This document shows, piece by piece, positions 11,925 to 25,244 of a stretch of DNA of 64,000 nucleotides. The translations under genes were made by a program, and so were the position numbers. The first letter of the stretch is position 1. Each line of letters opens with the position of its first letter. The notes under the pieces were generated by a model, which saw only the letters and a list, made by a program, of their open reading frames with translations, ran no database searches and had not been told where the DNA came from. The stretch is from NCBI GenBank assembly GCA_951406725.2, contig OX597820.1, positions 108,872,001 to 108,936,000 of the forward strand, in the 5' to 3' direction. The stretch is from Octopus vulgaris. Lineage: Eukaryota.

Positions 11925-14900
11925 TAATAAAGAAGAAAAGAAGAAGTTTCCCAATGTCTAGCAACGTGAGGACCAAAGAACTGAGGTATTTCGGATTGCA
12001 AGACAGTGTGTGTGTGGGATGACGTCAGCAGCTGGGGAGCTGACCGGAACTTGGGGCTGACTGGAAGGGGCAGCCGTGACACGCGCACAGCGAGTGGGGC
12101 ATTCTGCCTTTTCGAGTCAGGTCGTCAAGGGGTTAAGACGGGTCATCATGTTGTTAAGGTTGGGTGAAGCAGCTGCTATCTCTAGCGTTCGGGTTGGACT
12201 GTGTTGAAGGATCTGTTACCGCTGAAGGGTCTCCATCTGAGCGAAGAGAAGGTAGGTGCCTTTATTTCGAATCTCTCGCACACACCACAAGGTATTTCGA
12301 CGCTCTGTATAAGACGTCACCACGATGGCAGCGAAAATCAGGATTGCCAGCGACATCATCAGACCCTTTAATGGTGAAGGCGATGTAGTGGCTTGGTTTC
12401 GCAAAATCAGGCTGGTGGCAAGGTATAAGTGATGTGGCAAGTCTTATGGCGCTGTATTTGGAAAGGAGCGCGTTGATGCTATATCTTGAGATGGACAAGG
12501 AAGAACGTCTGAGCAAGGAAAAGATAGAGCAACGTCTGCGGGATGCCTACGCGGAGTGTGAATACACAGCTTTCGCTAAGCTGGGTACGATCAGATGGAC
12601 GGGAGGACAGGTGGACGAGTACGCAGCAGAAGTTCGAAGGTAAGCGAAGCTGGCTGGGTTTACAGGAGAAGGGCTGGAGAGAGCAGCATGACTGGAGTTT
12701 GTAAATGGGTTCCCCGACGATGTAGGGATTCACCTACAACGATTGCCAGGGATTAAAAAGATGACGCTGAGCAAACTTGTGATTCAAGCTTGCGTCTTGA
12801 TATGACACTCTGGGCGGAAGGCGATAGCGATGGCGGTGACGGAGGTGCGTAAAGACAGCCGATAACCAGAGAAAGACGTTGAGAAGCCTACCATGCAACG
12901 ACAGCGGCTGTTCTCAGGTCGGTGTTTAGATGTCAGGGGTCGCACATGGCGCGGGACTGTACGCAACCGGGGCCCGTTTGCTATCGATGCAGGCAGACCA
13001 GACACATCGGCCGTGATTGCGACCAGGGAAACGACCGCGGGGAGGTTGGTGCCTCTCAAACTTTCCCCGCAAACGAGTAGAGGCGCTATTGGAGACGCTG
13101 CCATTAATTGACGTGGAGGCCGAGGGGAAGACGTTCAGGGCCCTCGTGGATACGGGCTGCACGACCACCCTTGTGACTTCAAGGGTGACGAAGAAATGGA
13201 ATGGGGCAAGTAGCGTCCGGGTGAAATCCATTGCAGAGGCAGCAGCAAGGCAGAGATAGTGGTACACGGCGCAATGCTAAGGCTGCAGGTAATTGTGGCT
13301 GAACGCGTGATAGATGGGGTGGATGTGGTGATAGAGATGGATGCCCCAGTGGCGTCAGTATTGTGGGAGATGAGGTCACGTTTGGAAGCATGGGTGCGTT
13401 GTGCACTGCGAGTCAGGATCACCAGAGAGAGCAGAGCCCCGCGAGGAACTGCGCTGCTTACACCATCGAGGACAAAGACTTTCAGGCGGCGTTCGATGGT
13501 CAGCGGTGGACGATAGAGTGGAGATGGAAGGACGAGCCCCCGATGCTGAAAAACAGAGTGAGCTGTTACCAGCATAACCTGAAAGTCCACGCCAGAGTTG
13601 AGTTTGAAAATGAGGTGGAGAGGTGGATCGAGGAAGGGGTTCTTGTCCCTTGGGAGGAGGAGGTAGTGGATGGAGTGCTACTCCTGATGGCGGTGGTGCA
13701 GCCTACGAAGGGAAAAGTCAGACTGGTGCTGGACTTCAGGGAGCTAAACCAGCATATATTGTGTCACACGGGAGGTAAGGTGACAGACGTTTGTGGCGAG
13801 ACGTTATGTGCATGGAAACAGTCAACTGAGGCAGCGACGATTGTCGACTTGAAATCGGCATACTTGCAGCTCCATGTGAGTGACAAACTGTGGCGATATC
13901 AGCTGGTGCAGTACAAAGGCCGGATGTACTGTTTAACCAGGCTGGGTTTCGGGTTGAATTCCCCTCCGAAGATCATGGTGGCAGTGCTTAAGTCCGTCCT
14001 AGGGAAAGACGGCAAGATTAGAAAGGCCACCAGCTCCTACATTGACGACATTTTGGTGGACGAAACTGTAGTGCCAGCCAACGAGGTAGTTAGACATCTG
14101 GAGAAGTTTGGACTGATTGCGAAGCCACCGGAGTCGATGGAAGGGGGAGCCGCGCTGGGACTGAAGCTGCGAAGAGATAGATTGGGTGAATTGGTGTTCC
14201 GGAGAGGGAATGAAATCCCAGAGCTGAGTTCCAGTGTCAGCAGGAGAGAGCTGTTCTCGGTGTGTGGGAAGTTGGTTGGTCACTACCCGATTGCTGGATG
14301 GCTGCGCACGGAATGCAGGACCATCTGGTGTGATGCTAGCAGTATAGCGATAGGGGTTGTGTTGGCAATCGAAGGCGCTGCGGTGGAGGACGCAGCCTGG
14401 CTTCGAAAAGCAGATGACTTCAACCACATCAATGTCGCCAAATTAGACACGGTGCTGAAAGAGGTGAACTTGACCCTGAAATAGGGGCTGCGCTCAATTG
14501 AAATCCAGACGGATTTGGCCACTGTGCTTGGCTGAGTAGGATCGGTGATCACTGGTGAAAGGAGAGTGTGGACGAAAGGTGCCGCGGATATGTTAGTGAA
14601 GCGCCGTCTAGGAGTTCTAGGTGAATTGATCGCCGAGTTCGGACTGAAGCTGAATGTGGTTTTCGTGCCTTCGGAGAAAAACAGGGTGGACACACTGACC
14701 ATGGTGAAAAGAGCGTGGCTGGAAGAAGCGGAGGAGGCCCGGAAAGGGATAGCTGCGGCATGTCGGTTGGATGACTCTGAACTGAAGAGACTGCATGCTA
14801 TGCATCACCTGGGTGTGGACAGGACCCTGTATCTGGTGAAGAAAATTGATGTTGACGTCACTAGGAGAAGCATCCGGAAAGTGGTCGGGAGCTGCGACAG

Positions 14901-15520
14901 GTGTCAGTCCATCGACCCCCGCTCCGTGTGGTCATGAACAGGGAAGCCTTTCGGTGGAGCATAACTGGAAAAGGCTAGCTGTGGATGTGACGCACTACCG
15001 TCAGGGAATGTATCTCTCCATGGTCGACTGCGGGCCTGGCTGGCTGGCTGGCTATTTGGAGAGAGTTGAGAACAGGCATTGCTGACGAGATCGCGCAGAT
15101 CTTGAATGGGATATTTTTAGAGGTCCCGTGGAAGAACTGCTGATGGACAATGGGGTGGCGTTTTGTTTGGAAGCATTGAGGGTTATGCTTGATCGGTGGA
15201 AGGTGCGTCGCTTGTTCAGAGCAGCATATATGCCGAGTGGTAACGGGATCGTAGAGAGGCACCATCGGACAGTCAAGGCCATAGCGGAAAGAGGGCACAT
15301 TTCGCCGCTTGAAGCAGTTTTTTGGTACAACCTGTCTCCCCGATCTGGACAAGCTGAGGAATCTGTGCCACAGAGAGCTGTATTTAAATATGAATGGAGG
15401 CACCCGAGCAAAGCGCTGGAGGTCCACGAGGAGGAGAAGGGACCCGTCTGCATGAAAATAGGGGAGGAAGTCTGGGTTAAGCCACCAAAGGCGCGCTGTA
15501 CATCTCAATGGAGCAGAGGA
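11925..15520 (+). mobile_element. Decayed LTR retrotransposon, Ty3/Gypsy domain order (gag-PR-RT-RNaseH-IN); no paired LTRs seen
   Basis: gag PFNGEGDVVAW...LALYL-like; PR ALVDTGCTTTLV; RT IVDLKSAYLQL, LGFGLNSPP, YIDDILV; RH WCDASS...HINVAKLD; IN HAMHHLG..CDRC, LAVDVTHY, MDNG, GNGIVERHHRT; stops and frameshifts. Confidence 0.92.
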
Positions 15521-15765
15521 GGGTTATGCTTGATCGGCTACAGTTACATGACTAAAAAAAGTAAAACAATAAAAATTAGGCCATTTTAATCTCGAGCAAG
15601 ACCGGGTATCTCTACTTGGATATATGTTATCCCATTGAGGGTTGCATTTACAACCCCTATCTCAATTTATAACTACACACACATATATATATATATATAT
15701 ATACACATGTTGGATCGTTAGCCCCTACATGCAATTTTTTTCTCTCTTTGTTTCTTTTCTGTGTA

Positions 15766-15803
15766 TCTTTCTGTCGAAGAGGGTAGGCTCGAAACGTAAA
15801 AGA
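15766..15803 (+). ncRNA. Hammerhead-like motif with variant core in a short repeat (~15705-15897)
   Basis: TCTTT-CTGTCGA-A-GAG..CTC-GAAA-CG-TA-AAAGA; stems pair but the core has T at A6. Confidence 0.4.
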
Positions 15804-15929
15804 CTTGTTTTATTTCTATTCCTGAGCGCCATACTAATACATTGTTTGTACTCCACCTGCCTTCGTCTTTTGTTTATTTTCGTAAACCTTCCCGTTATTT
15901 ATATATACATATATATATATGTATATATG

Positions 15930-15973
<44 letters not shown>

Positions 15974-16124
15974 ATTTAAAAATAGGATATAATCTTTATA
16001 AGTATTTTATCAAGTAGTTAGCGTGAAAAATCTCATAAGAGAAAAAAAAGAAAAAATCAAGTAAAAAAAATTATATATATATCTATATATATATATATCT
16101 ATATATATATATATATATATATAT

Positions 16125-16932
16125 ACTGTCTGTCTGCTCTTTCCATATTTTAACGTCTTTTTGTATCTGTAATTCCTTAGATGAATCTTAAATGACTTTT
16201 GAGCCCTGAAAGTTGTTTGAAAAGATGATCACATATACTGTAGTAATGACTCATTTCAGCATTGGCTCTGTTTTCCACTTGTTTATTATGAAAGTTCAAA
16301 TGCTACTTCAATGATCCACCTGACTTTTAGTTTTTTTTTACAGATATTGCATTGAACCTGGTCATCTGAAATTAATTTCCAATAATTCATGTATGCCTAA
16401 CCCATATCTGCGCACTGGTGCAATCTCATACCAGCATGTGATATACATACTTTTGTGCGCAAAGATCATTTAAAGAAGGAGCAAGAAATTCTCATAATGT
16501 TATTTGATATTAATCTCACTTTTACAAAATTTTCCTTTCATTTCAGCTTGCTTATCTCTATCAAGCTTAAAATCTTTAACACTTCTCCAAATCAAAGCTC
16601 TCCACACTTTGCGCAAGTGATTCAGTACGTTTGTAACTTAATTTAAGGCATTTCAGAATTGATTTTAAAGAGTCAATGTATCTTTCTATTTCTAGCTTAC
16701 TATTTTTTCTCTTTCCCAGCATAAGCTCACCATAAAGCCCAAGTCAGGTCACTTTTGAGTGCTACTGGTAACATGTAACCCAGTATGATCTGTCACATGG
16801 TCAAGTTGTTTGGCAACTAAACTGGTGACTGCACCAAGCTTGCTTGGTGAGGAAGATAATATTTGGACACCCAGCAGGATGGAAAACAAAACCTGTCAAA
16901 CTGCAAACTCACAAGAGTCAATGGCCATCCAA
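16125..16932 (-). mobile_element. RTE-BovB-like LINE remnant, internally deleted, with C-terminal C2H2 fingers
   Basis: Minus strand: KVWRALIWRSVKDFKLDRDKQAEMK, QCNICKK..SGGSLK*HLNFH, SICDHLFKQLSGLKSHLR; 16735-16932 is possibly the 5' UTR. Confidence 0.55.
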
Positions 16933-17048
16933 AAGTGTGTGTATATATAATTTTTAACCGTTCAGCACTTTTAACTTCGTTCATTTTCTTATAATCATAT
17001 CTTATTTTGTGTTGTGTTTCTTATTTTTATAGATTGTATATCGTTATC

Positions 17049-17054
<6 letters not shown>

Positions 17055-17113
<59 letters not shown>
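17055..17113. repeat. (CA)n microsatellite
   Basis: Direct reading. Confidence 0.97.
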
Positions 17114-17116
<3 letters not shown>

Positions 17117-17268
17117 TCAGAGGCACAAAATGGAATTCATGAGATTCTTTATTCAAATATACTACAATTGTTTTGACTCATCTCACACCTGTACCTCACA
17201 GGTGAGATGTTGTACAATCAGTTGTCTTGCATAACAGATGCAGATTGTGTCCCCTCAGGTAACTTTAC

Positions 17269-17326
17269 CTTGCTTTTTCTCCTTGCCATTTCACTTAGCT
17301 TTTAGCAATACATATCTAGGTAACTG
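17269..17326 (-). CDS. Candidate host micro-exon with start codon (MARRKSK, phase-0 donor)
   Basis: Minus strand: ...ctgCAG/CAG acceptor, ATG GCA AGG AGA AAA AGC AAG (17289-17269), then GTAAAG donor; lies in non-repetitive sequence; no downstream exon found. Confidence 0.25.
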
Positions 17327-17473
17327 CTGCAGTATAGTAGTTCTCATAAGAAACCGAGAGAAAAGACACAATTCTTCACAAAAAGTAATAAAATGGAATA
17401 CACTGATAAGAAGACAAAGATAGATAAAAACATTATGATAAAAAACATGCATGAGATCAAAATAAAATCAGAC

Positions 17474-17590
17474 ATTATTTACATTCAACGGATATGATGT
17501 GGTGGTTAACAGTGCGGGCTATTAACACCAAGATTCCGAGTTCAATTCCAAGCAGTGACCTGAACAATAATGATAATAATAATAATAATG

Positions 17591-17644
<54 letters not shown>

Positions 17645-17822
17645 TCGAAAAATATCTTAGGAATGAGAACCCAGGTTCAAAATTTCCCAAAGACACCTGA
17701 AGTAGGTTGGAGGTTATATCAGCTGAAACGTGTTAACAACAAACAAGATGAGGACAAATATCCGTTGAATGTAAATAATTTAAATAATGTACATAATTCC
17801 TCATCTCTTAAATATGGAACTG
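17474..17822 (+). mobile_element. tRNA-headed SINE-like element with (AAT)n linker and hammerhead-containing 3' domain
   Basis: B-box GAGTTCAATTCC, (AAT)n 17566-17643, GACAC-CTGAAGT...CAGCT-GAAACG-TGTT; 13-bp TSD TAAAATCAGACAT at 17463 and 17823; 22-bp inverted copy 17474-17495 of 17758-17779. Confidence 0.8.
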
Positions 17823-17879
17823 TAAAATCAGACATATATACAGATGGAGATTTACATGCTACAAAAACAAAGATATAAA

Positions 17880-18640
17880 CAAATATCTAAGCAAATAATA
17901 AGAATGAGTTGGTCTAGGTTTGCAAAACTTCAAACCATTTTGCATGAGCAGTGTAAAAGAGATGAAATAAGTAGTGGTATATGAAGTGAGAAAGGAGGAA
18001 GAAGAAAGGCGAAATGTACATTTGGTGCAATGTAGTCAACAGGGACAGTACCTGAGACAGGAGGAATATGTGGTCAGTCGCAGAATTTCATGGAAGGAAC
18101 TTTGGGCTTGGGAACAAGCAAGAAGATCCTTCCTGATCAAGTCTACCTTCAACATTTTGCCTTCACCAGCCAATTTAGTCTGGTGGAACATACAACTGAC
18201 TAATGAATGTAGATGCAGAGAGAAAGCGACGGTGAGATATGTTCTATCAAACTGCAGGCTAGCACTAGACAGATATACATGGCATTACAATCAAGTTCTC
18301 GGTGTTATAAGCGCAGCACTCAAGATTGAGGGATATAATAGGGGAAAAGTATAGAAGGATGTACTTTCTGAAGAAGGGAAAAAGACATAAGACCAGGCCT
18401 TCAAAAAAGTATATGAGACAGATGAAAGATGGAAGGGATACTGGGAGCTGGCCATGGATTTGGAAAGACTGTTAATATTTCCATTCATAAAAACAACAAA
18501 AAGACCAGACTAAATCCTATGGAATACAGAATGAAAAGTTGTAATTTTACTAGAGCTGACACTGTCATGGGAAGAGAACATTGTTAATGCTGAGCTATAG
18601 AAGGAGAGGAGGTATGAGAGATTAATTGAAGAGACAGTTC
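17880..18640 (+). mobile_element. R2-group (HERO-like) non-LTR retrotransposon 3' remnant: CCHC knuckle and restriction-like endonuclease
   Basis: SFLIKSTFNILPSPANLVWW...C.C...VLSNC..ALDRYTWHYNQVL, then KRPD...VILLELTLSWEEN...RRYERL. Confidence 0.8.
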
Positions 18641-19893
18641 AAAGGCTTGTAGCACAAGACAGCTAGTTGTAAGTATTTAAAGGGAAATTTTCCAGGGTGG
18701 CCATTTGCCCGCTGACATTCATTGAAGCTGAATCGAAGAAACCAAAGACCAAAAAACCAATGAAAAAAGGAGAAAGGAAAAAAATGTACTCAACACCAGA
18801 GCTGAAGACACCTCTGAAAGGGGCGGGGGCTGCTGTGTCGAAAACAGCGGAAGAGTAGGGGCTGACACTAGCCGTGGTTCCTCCTGACAATGTCCTTAGG
18901 CACTGAATCCTATAAAGGAGCTGTTGAAGTAGCAAACCGTGAAACGTGGTTGGAATTCCTCCTTCCTACAAAAAAAGGTGTATTAAAGTGCCCCCCTCCC
19001 CATTTGGCAATAAACCCATTATAATTATGTAGAGGAAGAGAGAACTAGATAGATTAAGAATTAAAGTCAGGGAGAAAATAGAAAAGGAAGGGTGAAAAGA
19101 TAAGAGAAGGAGCAACAGGTCATTAAGCACATGTCACTTGCTTCCAATGACATCTTTTATAATCTTAATTCCCTTTATTCCACAATTCACTTAGTTTACT
19201 TTCTGACAATTGAGTGTTTCCAGTTTGGAGTTAATTTATTACTACTACATCCATTTATGGACCCACATATACTGGTATACTTACATACTGATACATTATA
19301 GACACACTCATACACATTGTTACATTTGCTCACTGATACACCAATATACAGGCGCATGCTGATACATACACATGCAGTGATACACACATACATTGATAAT
19401 CATACATATTAATACACATATGCTGATTCACACAGACACATTGACACACACACACATGCACTCACTTATACAGGTATACACTAATTTCCATATTATACTA
19501 TACAAAGTGATAACACTTAAATTCAACTAGATGCATTTCTGGCTGCTTAGCTGTCTTCTGTAACAGAGGTAACTTTGAACTGTCTGAAAGCTTTAAGTTT
19601 GATGATAAATCAGTCAATAATATTTACTGACTTGCACATGTAGACTACCCAGTCTGAACAAATATGTAAATAGTAGCATAAAGCAAGGATGAAAAATAAA
19701 CAAACTTTAGGTTAGTTCAAATATGTTTGGGACATTTTTCAACTTATAAAACTTATTTTCCACCACTGCTTTGCACTAATACTTACATATTTGTTCCAGC
19801 CAGACAGACTAAGGCTAGTTCAAATCAGTGTTCATCTAGTAATCACCTTGTAGGCAAAGAATGTCAATGCATCTACACTCCTTACTAATTGGG

Positions 19894-20041
19894 GATCTTT
19901 TCTGTTTGGCTGCACCTGTGGAAGTTAAGTGGAAATTTTAAAATCTGGTGTAGTGATGTAATTTTCCACTCTGACAAGTATGAAATCAATTGGAACAAAA
20001 ATTGAAGAAATTGAAATGTGGCAGCCAAACAGAAATGATCC
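19894..20041. mobile_element. MITE (~148 bp) with terminal inverted repeats
   Basis: GGATCTTTTTCTGTTTGGCTGC ... GCAGCCAAACAGAAATGATCC. Confidence 0.75.
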
Positions 20042-20175
20042 TAACTTCTGATTACAGAAGATTTCAGACATTTATCTCCACCTCAATCATCCACCATTAA
20101 CACATAATTAAGAGTATCCTCATTGAAGTGTATGGTGGAGTCCAGGTATTGAACTGAATGTTTTTGCTCATATTA

Positions 20176-20819
20176 AGGATCTTTTCTGTTTGGTTGCCAC
20201 TTTTCAATTTCTTCTGTTTTGTTCCAATTGATTTCATATTTGGTGTATTGGTGTAGTTTTGTAAAGTAATCATTGACACAAAATTCATTTTCACCATAAA
20301 TCAATAAATAAAGAGTTAATAGCGTTTAAAGTTTGCAAATTTTGGGTAATTTTAGGCAAACTGAAAGCCACAGACATATAGGTACCTGTTTCTAAAGTAG
20401 CAAGCCAAGCTGTTACCAATGTGTTCTTTTTGTTACTTATAAATGCTTAAAACAATATGAGATGTGCTAAAAACAACAGCTAAATAGGCCTTAAATCATG
20501 CTCAAAAAAGTTATATGAATTCCCATGTGTAAAATACAAATTCACAAATATTTTCTGAAAATCCCCCCTCCCAAAAGTCATGATGGGTTATATGGCATGC
20601 ATAAAGCAGAATTCTGCCAATATTTCATTTCTTTACAGTTGACAACACGTGCTGTCATGCACAAAAAAAAAATAATAGCTTCCAAATCCTGTTTTCTGAC
20701 TGGGTAAAAATGAATTATCTCTTGGAGATTCAGTATGGAAAATTAAATGAGTACACCAAATTGTAAAATTTTCACTAAACTTTAAAATTTCCACAGGTGC
20801 AGCCAAACAGAAAAGATCC
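20176..20819. mobile_element. Longer copy of the same MITE family in opposite orientation
   Basis: GGATCTTTTCTGTTTGGTTGCC ... GTGCAGCCAAACAGAAAAGATCC; both ends align reverse-complemented to 19894-20041. Confidence 0.72.
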
Positions 20820-21085
20820 AGGTATGCCTATTTGAAGTTGAAGATCTGTAAGACACAAGGGTGACCCCTTGGCTGTGAATAGAAGCTGTATGTCAAGGAA
20901 TTGCGATACAATGTTGGGTGTTGAGCTTGTCTAGACTAATTCATGTCACGAACAAAAGGTGTGCTGATGCACATAGGAATGGCATTCATTGGTGGAAAAT
21001 GTGTAAAATATAGTGTATGCTTATAGTACTGTGTTGAGCAATCGCTAGTCAAGATAGCTTAAAATATCAGGTTACCACACGGTAA

Positions 21086-23222
21086 CCTATCCGAGTTGAC
21101 AGTACATTGGTAGATAAAGCAATTAAGAGTATGAAGACAGGGATAGCCCCCGGCTGATCAGGAATTACTGCAGAGATGCTCAAAATATCTGGCAGTGTCG
21201 GCTATAGCCTAGTCACCTGTATAGTTAACCAGGTGATACACGAAGGAGTCATACCCAATGACTGGTGTTGCATCATAATAGTCAACTGCTACAAAGGTAA
21301 AGGTGACACTTTAGATACAAACAATTACAGAGGTATCAAGCTCTTGGATCAGGTAATGAAGGTCACAGAGAGGGTCATAGCCCAACTAATTAGGGAGAGA
21401 GTCAGTTTAGATGAGATGCAGTTTGGGTTTGTGCCAGGGAAAAGCACCACTGATGCTATATTTCTGGTAAGACAGTTGCAGTAGCAATACCTAGCCAAAA
21501 ATAAACCTCTGTACCTGGCTTTCGTTGACATTGAGTAAGCCTTTGACAGGGTCCCCCGATCCCTTATCTGGTGGTCAATGAAGAAACTAGGGATAGATGA
21601 ATGGTTAGTGAGAGCTTTGCAAGCCATGTACAGGGACGCTGTCAGTAAGGTGAGGGTTTGCAACAAGTACATTGAAGAATTCCGGGTAGAGGTAGGAGTC
21701 CCCCAAGGTTCATTCCTCACCTCCCTCCTATTTATCATAGTCCTCAAGGCAATAACGGAGGAATTCAGGACAGGATGCCCCTGGTAGCTCCTCTATGCTG
21801 ATGACCTTTCTCTAATTACTGAGTCACTATCAGAACTAGAGGAGAAGTTTCAAGTGTGGAAACAAGGATTAGAATTGAAGGGCCTTAGAGTCAACTAGCT
21901 AAAACCAAAGTCCTAATAAGTAGGAAGGCAGGCAAACCACATATCCCATCAGGTAGATGGCCCTGCTCGATCTATAGAAAAGGTGTAGGTAGAAACTCTA
22001 TAAGATATACCCAATGTAATCTATGGACACATAAGAGGTGCAGCAATATTAAAGGAGGGCTAACTGGAAGGATAGCTTTTGTATGTGGCAGATGCTCGGG
22101 AGCTATAAATAACACTGAAAATGCACAGAGACCACATTCCAGGGAGAAAAACTAGAAATAGTTGATAGCTTCCATTACCTAGGTGACCAAGTCAGTAGGT
22201 GGGGGAGGGTGCACTGAAAGTGTAGCCACTAGAATAAGAATAGCCTGGGCAAAGTTCAGAGAGCTCTTACCTTTGCTGGTGACAAAGGGCCTCTCGCTCA
22301 GAGTAAAAGGTAGACTGTATGACACATGTATGAACAGCCATGCTACATGGCAGTGAAATATGGGCCATGACTGCTGAGGACATGCGTAAGCGCTCGCAAG
22401 GAATGAAGCCAGTATGATCCGATGGATGTATAATGTCAGTGTGCATACTCGACAAAGTTTTAGTACCTTGAGAGAAAAGTTGGACCTAAGAAGCATCAGA
22501 TGTGGTGCTCAAGAGTGATGACTGCGCTGGTATGGCCATGTGGCGAGAATGGATGTGGATAGCTATGTGAAAAAGTGCCACACCCTAGTGGTTGAGGGAA
22601 CCTGTGGAAGAGGTAGACCCAGGAAGACCTGGGATGAGGTGATGAAGCATGACCTTCAAACATTGGGCCTCACCGAGGCAATGACTAGTGACCAGGACCT
22701 TTGGAAATATGCTGTGCCTGAGAAGACTCAGCAAGCCCAAGTGAGACCATAACCTAGTGGCCTATGCCAGGGGTGTAACCAGCCCACTTATGTGTATCTT
22801 TCCTTCATTGGACACTAAACTCTGCTTGCGAAGACCTGTTGAGGCAAGTGAAATCAAATTTGATGACTGGCACCGGGCTAATGGAGCGCTAAGAGTACCA
22901 TACAAGCGTGATCATTGCCAGAGCAACAAGCTGGCCTCTGTGCCGATGGGCATGTAAAAAGCATCATTCGAGCATGATCGTTACCTGAGCTGCCTTACTG
23001 GCACTTGTGCAGGTGGCACGAGAAAAAACATTCGAGCGAGGTCGTTGCCAGTGCCGCTGGACTGGCTCCTGTGCAGGTGGCACATAAAAAGCACCATTTG
23101 AGCGTGGCTGCTGCCAGATCAGATTGGAGTCTGGTGCAGCCATCAAGTTCACCAGACCTCAGTCAAATCGTCCAACTCATGTTAGCATGGAAAGCGGACG
23201 TTAAATGATGATGATGATGATG
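21086..23222 (+). mobile_element. RTE LINE, 5'-truncated copy with 3' UTR and (GAT)n tail
   Basis: NYRGIKLLDQ, MQFGFVPGKSTTDAIF, GRGRPRKTWDEV; stops and frameshifts; tail ATGATGATGATG at ~23205-23222. Confidence 0.95.
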
Positions 23223-23329
23223 TCATTTCGTTTCAAGCAAACATAAGGAAAGACATATGATGGACTAACATTTATCCCAGTCACATACAGACATTTGAAA
23301 TGAAAATTAATCGTTCCTCTCCATAATCT

Positions 23330-23966
23330 AACCATGCCTTTTAATCTAGTTGCCTCGCCAGTCAGTGTTACGTAAACGAAAATAGTATGGATATTCGTCT
23401 GCTTATAGGTCACAGAGGTCACTTCCGGTTGAAAAAAAATCATCATGGTCGATTCTACTGAAAGAGGAATAGAATAAGAAATTACGTTTCTTCTACACAA
23501 AACAAGTTCATTCATAATTGCTTAAGTTCAAAAACTGATATTTTGTTTCCTCAGATTTTAACTCCACTTTTGCAATATACCCCGCTACTCTGAGTCAGTA
23601 ACTGAAAACACTGTGTAGAACCCATTATTGCATATATTTAATAAACCGCCATCATTGGTTCAGTCGTCACTGTGTAATCAGGAACTACGAAGTCGACTGC
23701 GATATTTTCCTACAGACATAGTTGAAAGTATTTCTTACGACTGTACCTGTTATAAGTAGTAAATACTATTTGTGAAAATTGAGGATTTGATGGAAACAAC
23801 GGTGTGCTTAAGATATCAAATGCTAGCAGATGGTAAAGAAGGGGGCTGAAACGATGACGTAAACACACAAATAAATGACGTAAAACGTATTTATGTGATT
23901 AATTGGAGGAAATTACAACAAAGAGCGAAGTCGTGTCGAAATTCTCCTCTCCATGACGAGGTAAGG
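23330..23966. promoter_or_regulatory. Candidate host promoter / first-exon island, possibly bidirectional
   Basis: Only sizeable non-repetitive CpG-richer stretch; ETS-type ACTTCCGG 23421, TGACGTAA at 23855 and 23876, + donor GAG|GTAAG at 23960/23961, - strand donor-like sites near 23738 and 23746. Confidence 0.45.
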
Positions 23967-25210
23967 CAACTTTTACACCTCTGCTAGGTTTGGGATCATC
24001 CCAAGAACATTTCCCTACACCTGTACGATCTAATTGAGATCAGATTGTAAACCTTATACTTATAAATTTGCTATTTAATAACAACAGGTGAAGTGGAAGA
24101 AGCTATATGGTTACAGATGTTTATGTCAGGTTTGTTGTTGCTGTTAAAAAATAAACATGAGTAGATTTTGTTTACTTTTGGATGCGTGTTGCATATTTGT
24201 GTTTTTTTTTTTATTTATCGCATCGTTAAACAAATAACTGCAGTTTCACATATTAATTGGTGAAACCAATTGGAAACATAATCCTTATTTGTGAAGATTT
24301 GTCATCATCTGATGAGAAATAAACTGGTTTGACAGGGAGTATCGGGAAGGAGACCTTAGTGATGTGTAACGGGCTAATTTCTTTTCTTTCTTTATTTCAT
24401 TCGTGTCATTCTCTTATTTTGTAGATATATTTGGAAACAGTTTACTTCGATATTCTTTCCCACCATCAAACCCGTATTTTTTTTTTTGTAATTCTTTTTT
24501 TTTTTCTCTCTCTCTCTCTGATTGAGGTTAAAAAATTGGCATAACTACAGATGTATACCTCACTCCCGACTTCGTTGCCTGGCGGAGGTAAAGGACATGG
24601 ACCGCACCCCATTTCGGATATTTTTTTTTTTTTTTTGACTGCGGAGATTCCGAATCTGCAAAAAATCCAAAAAAAATCGGCATTTCAAAATTTTAATTCC
24701 CTACTCCTACCCCAAATTTTTCACCTTTTTAGAAATTTGTTTTGGCGAAATACGTAGAAAAATACGGAGATTATCATTCTGTGAAAAAGAAAATTTTGTA
24801 AAATTTAAATTTTTCAAAAATAAATAAATAAATATACACCCCTAACACTCCGTCAGCGCATCTGTAACAGAAAGTGAACATGTTGTGGTTGAGGGTTTTT
24901 GAAATGAAGAAAGGTATGCAAAAGTTTTGCACACACACACGACAACAAAATTTTTAAAAAATTTTTCTGTTTTTGGTAATTCGTATTTAGAAAGTGGATC
25001 TTCGGTTTGGCTGTTGTTTCAAGCTTGTCGGACTTTACGGTTGAAAACCCCCAAAACAAAGTTCTATATTTAAGAGATGAGGAATTATGTACATTATTTA
25101 CATTAGACGGATATTTGTCCTCATGTTGTTTATTGTTAGCACAACGTTTCGGCATCAGGTGTCTTGGGGAAATTTCGAACCTGGGTTCTCATTCTTACGG
25201 TATTTTTCGA

Positions 25211-25244
<34 letters not shown>

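Noticed and set aside
12784-15508. Antisense ORFs over the Gypsy element and RTE copies
   Set aside because: Shadow frames of retroelement coding sequence with no independent motifs
17269-17289. MARRKSK as the start of ELOF1
   Set aside because: Seven residues are not diagnostic and no following exon was found; no symbol assigned
18663-18960. GC-richer, lysine-rich reading frame
   Set aside because: Contains stops and no recognisable motif; probably a retroelement remnant but unassignable
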